From the NCBI RefSeq assembly GCF_001194135.2, contig NC_068983.1:149321498-149385497 (forward strand): a DNA stretch of 64,000 bases. Reading direction: 5' to 3'. Below are positions 25,721 through 39,951 of the stretch, in pieces. The position numbers and the translations under genes were made by a program. Below the pieces are notes generated by a model. That model saw only the letters and a list, made by a program, of their open reading frames with translations, searched no databases and was not told the origin of the DNA. The stretch comes from Octopus bimaculoides. Taxonomy: Eukaryota. Positions within the stretch are counted from its first letter, which is position 1, and each line of letters opens with the position of its first letter.

Positions 25721-28700
25721 TAATGTCCATATCTTCCTTCTCCAGATTGTCCAAAGTGTCACTGAGTTTGACTTGCTCTTATTTTGAAGTTTGCTGATCC
25801 CTAATTCATGTCAAGTGATACATTCTGGGTTAGACTTAGTATTCACAACTAATTACCTATTTACTGTGAGTATAAAATTTAACTGGGTTGTGTGTTTGCC
25901 TGATTGATAGGTAACTGCATGGTTGGTCAGCTAACTTCATGAAATTGCTGTTGCAAATGATTAGTCCATTTACATCACAAAACTCAAAACTCCAAGAGCT
26001 TTGATTCTTCTTTATTCAATGTACTATATCTTTAGCTCCTACATACATTAGATCAGATTTCATAGTGTTGCACAGCATAATCATTAATGCACTGGTAAGG
26101 AGGTGGCTATCATTTGTTATTGAAGCTGTCTGCAAGAGGATTTCATGAAAATGTCCTTTTACTCATCTACCTGCCCTGATTGGAATGCATATGCACAGAT
26201 CACTCAAGAGATTGGAAAAAACTGGGTAGAGTATTAAATCCTGATGTATCTAAGTTTAATTATTCTGTCTCATATTCTGACTACCAGCAATCAAAAATAT
26301 CTTGTAATATTTGATTTTGTCTCAATTGTATCCCTCTACACCAAGGGCAACTTTGCCACTCCTTCTCATGAGATTTATAGAATAAGTATCTAAGAATTCA
26401 CTCAATTAATTAAAATACCTTGAACATGATGATGCTCCAAAGACTGAAAGCTGTAAAATAAAATTTTAAAAAATGTAATAATGCTTGCTTTAGTTTACTC
26501 AAATCAGGTAAAATCATGATCTATTTTTGAAACATGTTGAAAAATAATAAGAGCTGACAGAACTTGAACTCAAAACAAAAAGAGATGAGACTAAATGTTG
26601 GTAGATATTTTGTCCAATGCTGTACATATTTTGCCAATCTATCACTATTACCATCTCCAAATTGATACGAAGTTGGCAGAAACAGTGGAACTGGTAGTTG
26701 CTTTGCTTTTTATTTTACCAAGGCTGATAAAATAAGTACCAGTATTACGCTTGGGATCTATACCTTTCACTCTATTTCTCACCTAAAAAAAAATTGACCT
26801 TTTGCAGAGTAACCTCTCTCCACCACCTAGAAATCAATAATGATAAGTGTTAAAAAAGATAACAATAGAAGTAACACCAAAATTGGAAGATGATGATGAA
26901 ATTATTGATGCAGATGCTATTGATGAATCCAGTGCACTGGCAGCAACCATAACAAAATTATCCTCTATTTTATGTACTACAAAGAAACGAAAAATAAAAA
27001 ATAAAGTGTTACCATGGTAACTAGGTTCTAAGAATGGAATAGATTGCAGTAGTGTGGAGGAGTGGAAGAAGAGAGAAGAGGAGAGATGAGCTATGAAGGC
27101 ATTAGGTCATTCAGTCAGGTAAACAGATGCATGCAGGCTGTTCCAAGCAGTAGCTCTGTAGGAAGATGGTGAAGTTGGCAGTGCAGCAAGATAGAAATTA
27201 AATGTATAAAAAAAAACAGAAGGAAAAAGAGGAGGAAGCTTGCAGGTATATTTTAAGGCAGTCTATGCAGCACAGGAAGAAGTAGTCAGTCAGTCAGTGA
27301 GTGTTGTTTATGTTGCTCAGTAATCTTGGTCAGAGAGTCGCAGATAGTTGAGTCATTAAAGTGTCAGGCTAACAATCAAAGAGTTGGCACTTCATATCCT
27401 CACCAGCATTGTGACATGTTCTTAACAGAGTCAATTAGCTCTCAACAGTTCAAGCTCACATACCTGTTGCATAAATAAATCAAGAAGAGATACAACTCAG
27501 AACTGTAAGCTGCAGTAGCACTGTATAATTGACAAATAGTTTATTAGATTACTGAACTGATTTCAATTCCTGCTGAGTGATTAATTTTCTCAGTTATATC
27601 ATGGTGTCTCTATGACCCAATAGATTATGGGACTAACTCCCCAAACAAGTCAGTTTGATTTGAACAGGTTTAATCCATTTTTAATCATATTTCTGTTAAA
27701 ATAGTCTGGTTTTGTCTAAATTAATTTTGGAGATAATGAAACATTTAGTAAATAACTCAATCATTAAAATGGGGTTTGAAACATAAATTAACATGGAACT
27801 TTGATGGAAAGTTTTAATTTAGATTGCTTTCAAACAGAAGGTTTGTATTATGGAACCACAGGTGGCTCTGGATGGGTTGGTATCAAAAGGGTTAATGCAC
27901 AGATGTTGGCAATCAAATATGGTAAATTTTCATATTACAAAATATTACATTTCCTATATTACAAATATACATTTCCTATATTGTTACTCTTTTACTTGTT
28001 TCAGTCATTTGACTGTGGCCATGCTGGAGCACTGCCTTTAAATTATAATAGGACCTGCGAGGTCCTTCGCCCGAAAGGTGGAAGTCACAAATATTTAATG
28101 GAGGGGCTAAAGTAATTTGAATTGATCATCATTTTATTAGTTGTAGTAGGATGAAAGGCAAATATCGACCCTAGTAGGAAATGAACTTAGATGACAGAAA
28201 GATATAGTTACATACTATAAAGTATGCAGTTAGCTCTACAACCTTTCTGATACTCCACTATTTTTTTCTTGTTACTTAATATAAAACGTCTGTTGAAATG
28301 AGTCAGAATAACTATTCTAGCAGAGGTTGTCTTTTATATATTAAAAGAACACACTATTTTAAGATTAAGGGCTTAAAATGTTAAAATGTCTATTTTAAAA
28401 ATGGTGGTGAGTTTGTCGAGAGATTTGGTTGTTATATTAAATGTATGTCACTTTACTGTTCTTCAGGTGATGAAAATCTTTTTAGCGATGCTTTTATTAA
28501 TTTGTATTATATCCATGACCAAGATACTTAATTGTTCATTAAGTTCACTGATTTAAACAGTAACAGTTATTATAAAATTGATGAGTGTTTTATTAACTTA
28601 CAATGTTTTACCCTTCTGGAAACAACCTCAGAAGGATAGATGCACATAGAGTAATCAACCAGCTTCTGTAAAAACATACTGTGCTAAGGATATCAATGAC

Positions 28701-28844
28701 ACAAAAAGCTACATCTGAAATTTTTATACACAAAGAAGCAGAGAGATTTCAATTTCTAATTGGAGTTATTTCACTGTAATTTTACAAAGACATGTAGCTC
28801 ACGCTTCTTATTTCTCTTTTCCTGAAGTATCAGGTCTTTGTTTG

Positions 28845-29735
28845 GCAGATAAAATGCCTAGTGGCATTTCTTCCAGCTTTTTCTGAGTTCAAATGCTGCT
28901 AAGCTCAACTTTACCTTTCATCCTTTCGTTGTTGGTAAAATAAGTAGCGTTTGAGAAGTGGGGTTAATGTAATCAACTTAACTTCTCCCTTAAAATTGCT
29001 GGCCCTGTGCCAAAATCTGAAACCATTATTATTATTATTATTATTANNNNNNNNNNTTATTATTATTATTATTATTATTAAGATGGCAAGCTGACATAAA
29101 TGTTAGCAAGTTAGACAAAATACTTAGAAGCATTTTTCCTGGTTTTACATTCTGCTAAGACTGACTTTGCCTTTCATCCTTTCAGGATTCATAAAAGTAC
29201 CAGCTGAGCACTGGGGTTGATGTAATGGACTAGCCCCTTTCCTTGAAAATCTCAAGCCTTGTGTCTACAGTAGAAAGAATTATTATAAAGGTGGTGAGGT
29301 CATAGAATTATTAATCAGTCAGACAAAATCCTTAGCAGCTTTTCTTCCAGCTCTTTATGTTTGGGGTTCAAATTCTGCCCAGTCAACTTTGCCTTTCATC
29401 CTTTTGAGATCAATAAAATTAATATGAAATACCAGTTGAACATTGAGGTCAATGTAATCAACTTATCCCTCCCTTAAAACTGCAGCCCTTGTACCAAAAT
29501 TTGAAACCATTATTGATAAGGCAGCAAGCTGGCGGAATCGTTAGCTCGCTGGATGAAATGCTTAGCAGTATTTTGTCTGGCTTCATGTTCTGAGTTCAAA
29601 TTCCACCAAGGTTGACTTTGCCTTTCATCTATTCAGGGTTGATAAAATTAAGTACCAGTGAGACACTGGGGTCGGTGTAATCAACTTATTCTCTACCATA
29701 AAATTGCTGCCCTTGTGGAAAAAATTGAAACCATT
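28845..29735 (+). mobile_element. Head-to-tail array of four family C SINEs separated by (ATT)n tails
   Basis: Repeated module aaggcrgcaagctggc...ctgagttcaaatt...actttgcctttcatcc...gtaccag...gtaatcaactt at about 28845, 29081, 29287 and 29518. Dispersed copies at about 2790-3005, 11607-11800, 20426-20628 and 32750-32970 (all -). Confidence 0.85.
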
Positions 29736-30131
29736 ATTATTGACTGTAACAGAAATGCATAAATTTAGACACCACATTGTGTTCCAATTCCTACACTATT
29801 GTAATGGGTTAAAATCTTGTCACATTCAATTGCATCTTCTATCTGACCATGGCTAAAAAATAAATACTAGTTATTTGGTCCAGGTCCATCCCAATCAAGG
29901 AGACCGATGAGTAAAAGCATTCTAGCTGTGACCATCCTGTCTTTTCAGACACAATTTATCCCAGAGCACATTACCTAAAATGTCTTACCATGTATTTGTA
30001 AAGCTAGTAGGTTTCTAGCAGATTGACTGACACATAGGTGTTTCCTCTTAGACTTGGATATTAGTATTACAGGGAAATCAGTTGATTAAATTTCCTCCAA
30101 AATATCTTGTACATAAGAAATCATCACCATT

Positions 30132-30360
30132 TTAACCCTTTTGTTATCATATTTCTATTAAAATACTGTTTTTCTTTCAATTTATTTAAAAAAATAATGA
30201 GGAATATGGTAAAATAACTCCATCATTATTAAGTTGATCTTTGGAACATAATATAACATGAAGTTTTAATAGCAAGTTTTAATTTTGATCACTTTAAAAC
30301 CTAGAGTCTGTAACATTAAATCAAGGGTAGTCTTGGGTGGTTTGGTATCAAAAAGGTTAA
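30132..30360. mobile_element. TTAA-flanked MITE (piggyBac-like termini)
   Basis: TTAA|CCCTTTTGTTATC ... GTATCAAAAAGG|TTAA. Homologous copies at 27670-27895 and, truncated and inverted, at about 35382-35560. Confidence 0.7.
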
Positions 30361-31399
30361 GTTTGCTTTTTATGATGGCATGGGTCACTACCATCCAAGC
30401 CATCACTATTTGGAGATACTGCCCACTAGTGAGTCAGAGGACTATGCTTCACTTGTATGCTGTATGCAGTATTTGTGGTTTGCTCTTCATATCACCCACC
30501 GTTTTACAGGGTGTACTGGATGCATTTTATAATAGCACCAATACTAGAGAAGTTGCCTTGTAATCAGCAAGAAACCTTCTTCTCAAGCGTTGTCTTTGTT
30601 CATTCCAGATAGTACAGCTAATAGTGTAACTAGAAGAGAAGGCAGTCGAGAAAAAAAAATTAGAGTAACAATCAGAAAGAAGTGAGAGTATTATAGGGAA
30701 ACAGAATGATTGGTATGACAAGTATGGAAAAGGGAGAGACTGGTGGGACACTACTAGGAAGAGTAATGGATGAGAAATAGTAATGGCAAAGTGTAAAGAG
30801 ACACAGCAAATTGCAGACAGTAATGAGAGAGAGAGAGAGAGACTAATGACAGCTATGTTTGTTTGCAAGGGAGCATGATGAATGTCAACAGTGAGGGATC
30901 TGAGGGAGAATGAGAGGTTAGCTACTAAAGAAAGGGTGATGAAATGAAAAAGTGAATAATGGTAAAATTTGACAAAACAATATAGTTTTCTGTCTCACAA
31001 AGACCAGTAAAATAAGCACCAGGCATGTGTAGGAGACCAATTCTAAGTATTGTTTGCAAGAAATCCTAATTTGATTGAGAGTAAGCAGTAAGCTTTTAGC
31101 TAGAAAAGTTTATAACTATCAATTTCTATCCAATGATGTTACTTAATTTACACTGCTAATAACAATAAAAAAAAATCACAATATCATCAATGTTAGGAAT
31201 TATTATTTGGTTTCTGAACTCTATCCTATCATTTGTCCATTTTTTATGCTTGCATGGGTTGGACTGGTCTTCTCCAGCACAGTGTCTTGTCATATGTTGA
31301 GGTGCATCATTGTCTCTTTTGTAATAAAAAATTTTTTTTAAATCAATATTCTGAAATAAGCTTTCACTACTTCTTCCTTCCAGTTGGATTACTTGGTCT

Positions 31400-32740
31400 T
31401 TCTTTACCTAGCTATCATCTTTCATATACATCACAGGTCTGAATCAAGTTGACCACCTCACGAGTACATTACACCTAATTTTTCTCTGAATTCATTTGTA
31501 CTCCATCTTTCAAACAAAATAACAATTCGCACCCAGTGGGTCATGCTCTCCTCATTTTTTTCAGTTTCACTACCATGCAATTATATATCATACAATCTGT
31601 CTTTTATTCATAGATAATCCCTTTGTTGTATCTAGACATGATAGTTCTATAAACTTTTCTCTACTCCATCTTTACTGTAACCGCCATGCGTCTGGAACAT
31701 CTACCTCCATTACCTAGATCATCTAAATTACAAAACAATCAACAACTTCTAGGTTGCCTTCTGGGCATTTAAAAGAATTCCATTGAAGGAAGCTCTTCTG
31801 ACTCCTCCCATACATCTGCTACATATAAATTCCTTCTGTCAGCCTGCCTCTGATCCTATTGTATCACTTGTGCACCTCTAATTTACATTGGGTACACCGC
31901 ATGTCATTTTGACCAAATACTTTTCTGCATATTGAGCCTCATCAATACCCAGATGGCACTGGAGTTCTGCATTCTTGCTAATTAAGACTGTCCTTAGTAG
32001 ATTTGCTTTTAGCCCTCTTGGTTAATTGACCACTTCCATGTTTGAATGTTTTTCTCCCATCATTTGATTGATTTAGTTGAGAGTACATCTTAAGTACACA
32101 GGAGTTTTCACAGATAGCCAGTCTTAAACTCTTCTTGAACCTAGAGAACTATAATAAACATGATGTGGCTGAAAACCAAGATTTGATAAACATTGATTTG
32201 CTTTCTTTACTGAACTAACTCTCTCCTTTCTGATAGTAGCCTTACATAGCTCTCACAAGCCATTTATTTACACCCAGGTTTCCAAATGCCTTTCAGACCT
32301 CAGATTGTGGCCATTTCAAAATCAACAAGTGACTTGCTCTTACTTCTGTAGGAGGGAACAAACCTAAACTGTACCTTTTTCTAATTAGTTGTTACAACTC
32401 TGTTACTTTTCCATTTTGGTTCATCAATTTTGTCTTTATAGTTACTTCTTTCAAGAGCATCTTCTGTGCCCTTGTAACATGAAATTATTGCTAAACATTG
32501 GAGACACCAGTGTACTACCTAACTGATCATCTAAATAACTAGTAGGTTCCTACCTCACTATTTTCAGCATCTCAGTGACTATCCTTGATAGCCCAGCTGT
32601 TTTCTCAGCTTTCATACACTCAATCGTTCTTTCAACATCATTTCACCATCAACTTCAATAGCTAGTCCTTTTGTAGAGTCTATTCAGTTAGTCCTTATCT
32701 CCCTCATATATTCTTCTCAACCTTTCTTGAGTAGCCTTTA
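31400..32740 (-). mobile_element. Highly degenerate RTE LINE RT and 3' region
   Basis: Scattered RTE-like motifs with many stops and frameshifts, homologous in style to 24130-24900. Confidence 0.5.
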
Positions 32741-32984
32741 TTAGGGTGATAGGTTTAGACTATCATTCAAGAAGGCTACAGCAGAATTTGAACTTAGAAT
32801 GCAAAGAGCTGAAACAAATACTGAAAAATTCTCATGATTCTATATCTTAGACTGGTATTTTATAGATCCCAGAAAGATGAAAAGTAAAGCTGACCTCAGT
32901 AGGATTTTCTTACAAAACACAAGGAGCCAGACTGCAAGGCAATTTGGCCAATGCTAAAATGATTCTGCCAGTAGTTATGAGTTG

Positions 32985-33219
32985 GAGACATTAGACTACT
33001 GTATTGAATTACCCATTCTTAAAGTCACTGTAAGGACTTTTAGCATAACTATAAGATATGACACCTTAACAATAGCTACATCCCCCCCTACTAAGTGTCA
33101 TAAAGATAGTTTCAAGCTAACCCTCTCTGCATTGTACCATGAGACAGCCTCCTCACTAGCCATCACCCCTCCCATCTTTAAAGACTGCATCATAATTTGT
33201 GAATGTTATATGAAAGATA

Positions 33220-33256
<37 letters not shown>
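32985..33256 (+). mobile_element. Poly(A)-tailed retroposon 3' end
   Basis: C-rich 3'UTR-like segment followed by AATAAA running into a pure run of about 38 A. Partial similarity to about 19700-19930 (-). No clear TSD. Confidence 0.4.
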
Positions 33257-33260
<4 letters not shown>

Positions 33261-35577
33261 GCCACTTCAACATCAAGCTTACATATCACAAAAGGAGAAA
33301 ATTAACATACATTCAGATTAATAACAATTCTAGTAATTGTGGTATGATCAAACACCAATACCACACAATCACCACAGTTGTTTCTAGGAGGACATGCAGC
33401 TCCTGCTAAAATATCAAACACATCAACATACACAACATAAACACACACACAACTAACTTTATATTTTAACTAACAATGACAATAATGTTAATTACAATTC
33501 ACTTGTAATCTTTAATGAAATACCTTTCTTCTTCAAAATCTATTTCGTGATTTTTTTATTTACTTATAATTATGACAATGCATCTTAACTGTTTTTAGTA
33601 CATGCACTGCAAGCTACATACATAAAATTATTGGCTAAAACTTTAATGTCAAAATTTTTAGATATCATAAACCCAAATTTGAAGCAGACAAAGAGCCACA
33701 GAACCATATATCTCTTGCTTGGTAGTCACTAAGCAAACATTAGATATGCAATTTAGATCCTGTCAGTGGTCCTTTTCAATCTTCAATTGGTCCTTCCAAT
33801 GTTTAATACCCAATATAAATTGCTTAACTAGATCCATGACAATGAGGAACTTGAAGATGACAAAGGTTATTTGAGATTTTGATTAAAAGTAAAATCAGGT
33901 ACAAAATTTCACATTTCTAAATAAACAAATATTAGTCATCTCTAGAGCAGAGGCCTGCTGAAGTAGAGTTGATAATGACTTCCAAGGGAATAAAAACAAC
34001 AGGGTTTTTTTTACAGCTGTACTAAAATAATACTTCATTAATTTAAGGCAATATTTTAGTGAAAGCCTAGTTATTCATGAGATAAGTTATTAATCAGAAA
34101 TCAAGTCTGTTGCCAAGAACATATAAAAAAATATTAGTAACATAATACAAATTACTCATTCTTCAGCATGTCAAACCAAAAATTGGCACCAGCTTTTACA
34201 GAAATGTTTTGATCTAAATTCTGCTAGCAAGGTAAAGGCTTATGTCTATGCAATCAAAAAATTCAATAATGATTGAAATAATAACGAAGATGGTAGAAAA
34301 TACACAAGAATAGGTCATATTGAAAAACTGAATGATTATGTGGCCATAGATTGCAGAATGTTGGATATTTAGTAGAATTTGAAAAAATATCCACAATTTT
34401 GGTTGACTGATACAATGAGCTGATAACTGGAAAACAATGAGTTTTTATATAAAACTGATGGAATCTTTACCTATTGTGAACATTACCTTAGTCTCAATTG
34501 GATTGATTTGTAAAGGTTTAATAACTCTGTCTACAGTGAACAAAATGATATTTAACCTTCTCACAAGCCCTTTGATAAAATGACATCAAAGGAAAACATC
34601 AAAAAAAAAAAAAATGATAGAAACTAGTGTGAAGGATCAAATAATTTTTCCACAGCATGAATACGTAAATTAAATATCTATTCAGGGATTTATTAAAATA
34701 ATTTTCTATTTAATCTTGCTAGTGAACCTCTTCTTTCCCACCTCAAATTCTAATATAAATTCAATTGCCTGACCAGACCAATGTCAGAATATAAAAGGAG
34801 ATACTCCAATATTGTGAGATCATCCTTACCTATGGGTTATCTCATCACATAGTGATATCTTTGCTTCTATTCTCAAAATCCAGACTGCTGTTTACCTAAA
34901 ATTAGGTATCATTCCTATATCATGATTAAGGTATTAAAGGTACAAGGACACTATAATTATTTTCCATTATTAATACTAACAGTTAGTAGTAGTGCAAAAA
35001 GCAAAACAGTTATAAAGTTTTAGGCACTGGATGACTGCTCATATGCAAATAGATTTTAAACCTTGCTCTTTAGCAAGGTAGCTAACTCTGTTTGCCTAGT
35101 TGAACAAAAACTTCCACATCGCTAGACGTGGAACTGTTACACAGGTTGCTGTAGAAAAAGTATTAAAATAAATTGGGTATCAATTTCTTCAGTGAAGATA
35201 GCCAAGAAAGCTTACATGTAGACTGATTATTTATTGTATTTAGTCTTACTGCACTGTTTTGAATTCAACTTTCTGAAATGCCAACTCTGATTTTCAATCT
35301 CCAAGTATCGGTAAGACACTGGTGTCAACTAATAGTAACTATTGAATATTATCACCTCTTTCAAAAGGGGTCATATGATCATTAACCCTTTTGATACCAA
35401 CCTGCCTGAGAATGCCCCTAGTTTTATGATACAACGTTTCAATTTTAAAGTGATTTAAATTAAAAACTCCTATCAAAACCTCATGTTAATTTATGTTCCA
35501 AACACCAGCTTTAAAATGACAGGTATTTTAATAAATAAAACAAAGGTAGTGTATTTCAACATAAATACGGTAATGTG

Positions 35578-35900
35578 AAGGTGCGTGGCTTAGTGGTTAG
35601 GGCATTCGGCTCATGATCGTAAGGCCACGAGTTCGATTCCCGGCGACACGTTGTGTCCTTGAGCAAGACACTTTATTTCATGTTGCTCCAGTCCACTCAG
35701 CTGGCAAAAATGAGTAGTACCTGTATTTCAAAGGGCCAGCCTTGTTATACTATGTGTCACGCTGAGTCTCCTTGAGAACTACGTTAAGGGTACACGTGTC
35801 TGTGGATTGCTCAGTCACTTGCATCTTAATTTCATGAGCAGACTGTTCCGTTGATCGTATCAGCTGGGACCCTCGTCGTCATAACCAACGGAGTGCTCCT
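35578..35900 (+). mobile_element. tRNA-derived SINE: CORE-like centre plus family A tail
   Basis: A box tggcttagtgg, B box gagttcgattcc, tgtgtccttgagcaagacactt core, tail homologous to 761-940. A partial copy lies at about 38324-38530 (+). Confidence 0.85.
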
Positions 35901-36898
35901 TAAATGAAAAGGTTAAAAAGCAATCGATGCTGTACATTGTGGAAGAACATCAAACTTTCAGTATATTACTTTAAGCTTTTTATTGAACAACTAGAGGTTA
36001 ACTTTTGCTTTCATACCTCATTTGATAAAATAAACACCAGTAGATTACATGCTAGTACGGATTGGAGGGGTTTACCATACTATCATTACTCATTTTATTC
36101 TTTCATAATCATTTGAAGTTGATTCAATTGATCCTATACTCCTACAAATGCACTATATCATTGGCTTATCTACTAAAAGTGTGGCGTGCAACAAAAACTT
36201 CAAATATCTGTATAGTTTGTATTCAACTTTCCAGTTCATAGCATCCATCAAAAGATGATTTATTGATTTCAGAGGAAGACAGAAAATAATAGTCATGAGG
36301 TTATTGGTTTTATGTATATGAAAGGATGTACAATTATTAGCATGATAATTTAGCAAGAATTTTCATGTGTCAGCACAAATTTGCATGGAAAAGTACAACT
36401 GAGTATATACTTTTAGATAATTAAAGACAAATTGTAATGATAAATACCAATGTGAACAGTTCAACAAATATTGATTTTTATGAAATCTGCCTTTTTAACA
36501 GGTTATACCATAATATATATCCTATTAAATATAGACATGAACATTGAAATGTGTTTGGATGTCAAATAAGAGAAAGAAAAAGTAGGCATTCTGAAGTGTC
36601 TTTTTTTCTTCTTTCTTTTTATCTTCCCATTACATATATTTCTGTTCTTATGCTTACATCCAATGTAAAAAAAAAAAAAATGAATTAGATGAAATCTAAA
36701 AAAGGAAACCTAAATAGTTTCAAAGATATACTACATTCCATACTGAAACAAAATTTGAAGTCAAAGATATGGTTTACGTATATGAAGTTAAAGTCTCTTA
36801 AATTTAAGATGAGAAGTAAAATAGAAGATGGGAGATGATCTGTTTTTCAGTAGGATATTCACTTCACATATCTGGTCCATATTTTGTGTATAGAAAAA

Positions 36899-36991
36899 TC
36901 ATTTCTTGTTCTCTGGTGTGCTTAATCCATATTTTGTTTTTATTTTATCAATATCATCTTTCTTTTTGTCTTGGTCAATTCGTTTAAAAGC
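36899..36991 (-). CDS. SF3B6: SF3B6 exon 4 (AFKRIDQDKKKDDIDKIKTKYGLSTPENKK*)
   Basis: ttttttttcag| acceptor, 93 nt to TGA, phase 0. Resembles the SF3B6 C-terminus [23 protein letters not shown]. Total CDS is 24+119+139+93=375 nt (124 aa). AATAAA signals lie downstream on the minus strand near 36259-36264 and 36093-36098. Confidence 0.93.
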   Translation of the reverse strand, partial: AFKRIDQDKKKDDIDKIKTKYGLSTPENKK

Positions 36992-39812
36992 CTGAAAAAA
37001 AAATGTAGAGAATGATAAGATTTATGTAAAAATTTAAGAAAATATATTTTAAAGAAGACAAACAGAGAAACAATTGTTTTTTTTAAATGAAATTAACTTA
37101 GTGTTATCTTTAGGTAGATGATTTGCTTCTTAAAAATTAGTCTTCTGGTTTATAGTGATGGAACATACAAAGCAGTACAAATCAGAAGTTTATTAAAGAT
37201 AGGCAACTTGAAAAGAAGAGCCTTTTATAAAGCGTTAAAACACAATGGCTAAAGACTCAGAGATACATATATACATACACAAGCATAAACGTGTGTGTAT
37301 ATCTATGTGTATTTTGTATGCATTTCACTTGTATTTATACAAGCCAACATTAAGAGAGAAATCTTTTGCTAACATAAGCAACAGATATCTGGGCACCTTC
37401 CATCCCTTAACTGATCTGGTAATTATGCTTTCATTACAGCCACGACCAGTACTAATTAGCTCAGGTAGGTAAGAAAATCTAGTGAACCAACTCAACACAT
37501 GGTGAGTGTCTGGTTCTCTATACAATATATCTTTTAACCTAGATCTCATAGTTGAAAATGGTATGCTATGCCAGTAATTTTCAGAGTAATATCTTCATGC
37601 ACAACTAGATTTACTGAGTAAATTTAGTTGTGCAAATATAAACTTGCCTATCAAAATGCTTTCATTAGGATGCAGTCTATAGAGTGTACTTGAATTATAC
37701 AGAATTACATCTATCAACAGAATAAGCTGTACAATATAGCAGACATATCAATGTTGTGTGTAGCTGAAATGTAGGAAACAATTTTCAGTGTTGTACTCAA
37801 CCTCAAGATCTATTAAATATTTAATTTGAGTACAATTGGAAATTTTATGAGATTTGAATAAGTTTAAAACTACACATATATATTTTGTGCTAGTGTGTTG
37901 TTAGTGCAATATTAAAATTTATATTTGTATTCATTTCTCAACATAGTCAATTTTTTAAAATTAAGCCACAATTTTCTGTATCTAATCAGTAAAATATAAA
38001 CCACTGAGAAAAAAAGAATCAACATTTAATTTTAAGCACACAACACAAGCACAAATTTATAAATTATTTCAAAATTATCTAAATCTCTTAAGATGTTTAA
38101 TTGCTCTCTAATTAGAAATAATTAAATGTTTTCGAGCTCTCAAGATTCAGGGTAACAGAATGAAACAAAACAACCCGAAAGAAAAAAAGGAAAAGTGGAG
38201 TAGTCATGACAAAACACTGTGTTGAAATACTGATCAAGAGTAAAACATCAGATACATAACAGAGTTATGCCCCTTAATCTAAGCACATTTCCAATTTCTT
38301 TTCTCGGTAGTTGAGGCAATGAAGGCGTGTAGATTAGTGGTATGGGCTCAAGATCGTGTGGTCGTGAATTCGATACTAAACGGCGCATTGTGTGGTTGAG
38401 CAAAACACTTTATTTCACGTTGTTCTAGTTGATTCAGCTGGAAAAATTGAATAGTACCTGAATTTCATAAGGCTAGGCATGTCACATTCTGTTTATGCTG
38501 AATCTCTCTGAGAACTATGTTAAGGTTTAAAACACTCATTGTAAGCAACAGAGAGCCAGTTAGTAATAAAGATGGAGTGTTTAAGTTGGTAGTTAGATTC
38601 ACTGTCCAACTAGCTGGTGTCAGACTAAGGAAGGATTAGCAGAACAATGGTTTACAACAGAAGGAAGCAGAGAATGCTTCACCATGAATACCACAAACAT
38701 ATGAGATCAAATCTTTGGCGAATAGTAAAACAGAGTAGTTGTTGCATAGTCAGTGGTGACAGCTGTACTTCATTTGGAGTGGTAACAGAAAGGAAAAGCA
38801 TACTATGTGAGCCAAACGCAATTGAAACATTCATTAATAACATCAATGGTACTTGACACTGTTTGATGGGACATTGTTATTGTCTGAATCATTGTGATTT
38901 TTTTGTTGACAAATGAAGGAAATGTCTCATATTACAAACTTGAAGTGAAATAACAAACTTTCATGTTCATCTTTGACCTACTTTTTACTTTCCAGAAGTG
39001 ATAGTTCACAATAAGATGTTGAATTGGCAAAGCAAAGTCATTAGAGCACTGGATAGACTGCTGAGCAGCGTATTTTCCAACACTTTCTTCTCTGGCTTAA
39101 AATTCTACCAAGATCAACCCTGTTTTTCTTGAGGCAGTGGGAGCTGTTACAGTGTCAAAAAAGATGCTTTCCAATATCTGCATCAGCTCTTTGGTATTTT
39201 CAGACAGCAACACAGATGCAAGCTGTGTTGGCTTTGGCCTTACAGAAAGGTCCCCCTTGGATAAAACTGGTATAGTGGAGATGGAAAACTTGCATGCATG
39301 AGTAACTGCTGGGCTTCTAACATAAAAGGAAAAATGCTCAGGCTTGTGTTCATAGGTATCAATACATCATCAACCCTGGTGGAGAGACCTAACCATGGCA
39401 AAGTCAGCACTCTCACTAGATCTAATATTGCATTTGACAAGATCCCTATCAATTTAGGAAATTTCTCCTCCATCATGATATGGCTTTATTGTTGTGATTC
39501 AAAAAAGGGTAGCCAGTGGTATATCAAAATTAATCTTTCAGAATATAAAATGCAACCAGCTGTAAACTTCATATTCTTGCAATTTGACATTCAATATTAT
39601 TTTTTATGTGGAAAATGAACAATTAGAAATCATAAAACAAACAAAAAGTGAAATCCAACATACATATTTCTTTTGCTAGTGATTATATTCATAGTGAGAC
39701 AACCAGAGGATATTACAATGACTATGGTCAATAGTTAAGCTTAACCTTGTCGCCATTTGGCTTCATAATGATAGAATATTGAAAAAAATAATAACAATGA
39801 ATAAATTCTCAC

Positions 39813-39951
39813 CTTCACTGCTTGATAATATAGTACCACAAGGTACCTGTTGCATACATTGAAACCAGATAAATGATCACAAGCATTCTTTGCATCAAAT
39901 ATATCTTCATATACTACATATGCAGTTCCTCGGGTTTCAGCTGTATTACCA
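39813..39951 (-). CDS. SF3B6: SF3B6 exon 3 ([47 protein letters not shown]), RRM C-terminal half
   Basis: ttttccag| acceptor, 139 nt, AAG|gtgaga donor. The phase 2 junction CT|T fits exon 2, and the translation is near-identical to known SF3B6. Confidence 0.98.

Noticed and set aside
33831-34231. Short exon-like segments IHDNEELEDDK and CQTKNWHQLLQKCFDLNSASK (+)
   Set aside because: Weak or isolated splice support and no consistent chain or homology.
38540-39480. ORFs 38647-38856 and 39240-39476 as nested genes in SF3B6 intron 3
   Set aside because: They resemble heavily decayed reverse-transcriptase sequence, with no gene structure.
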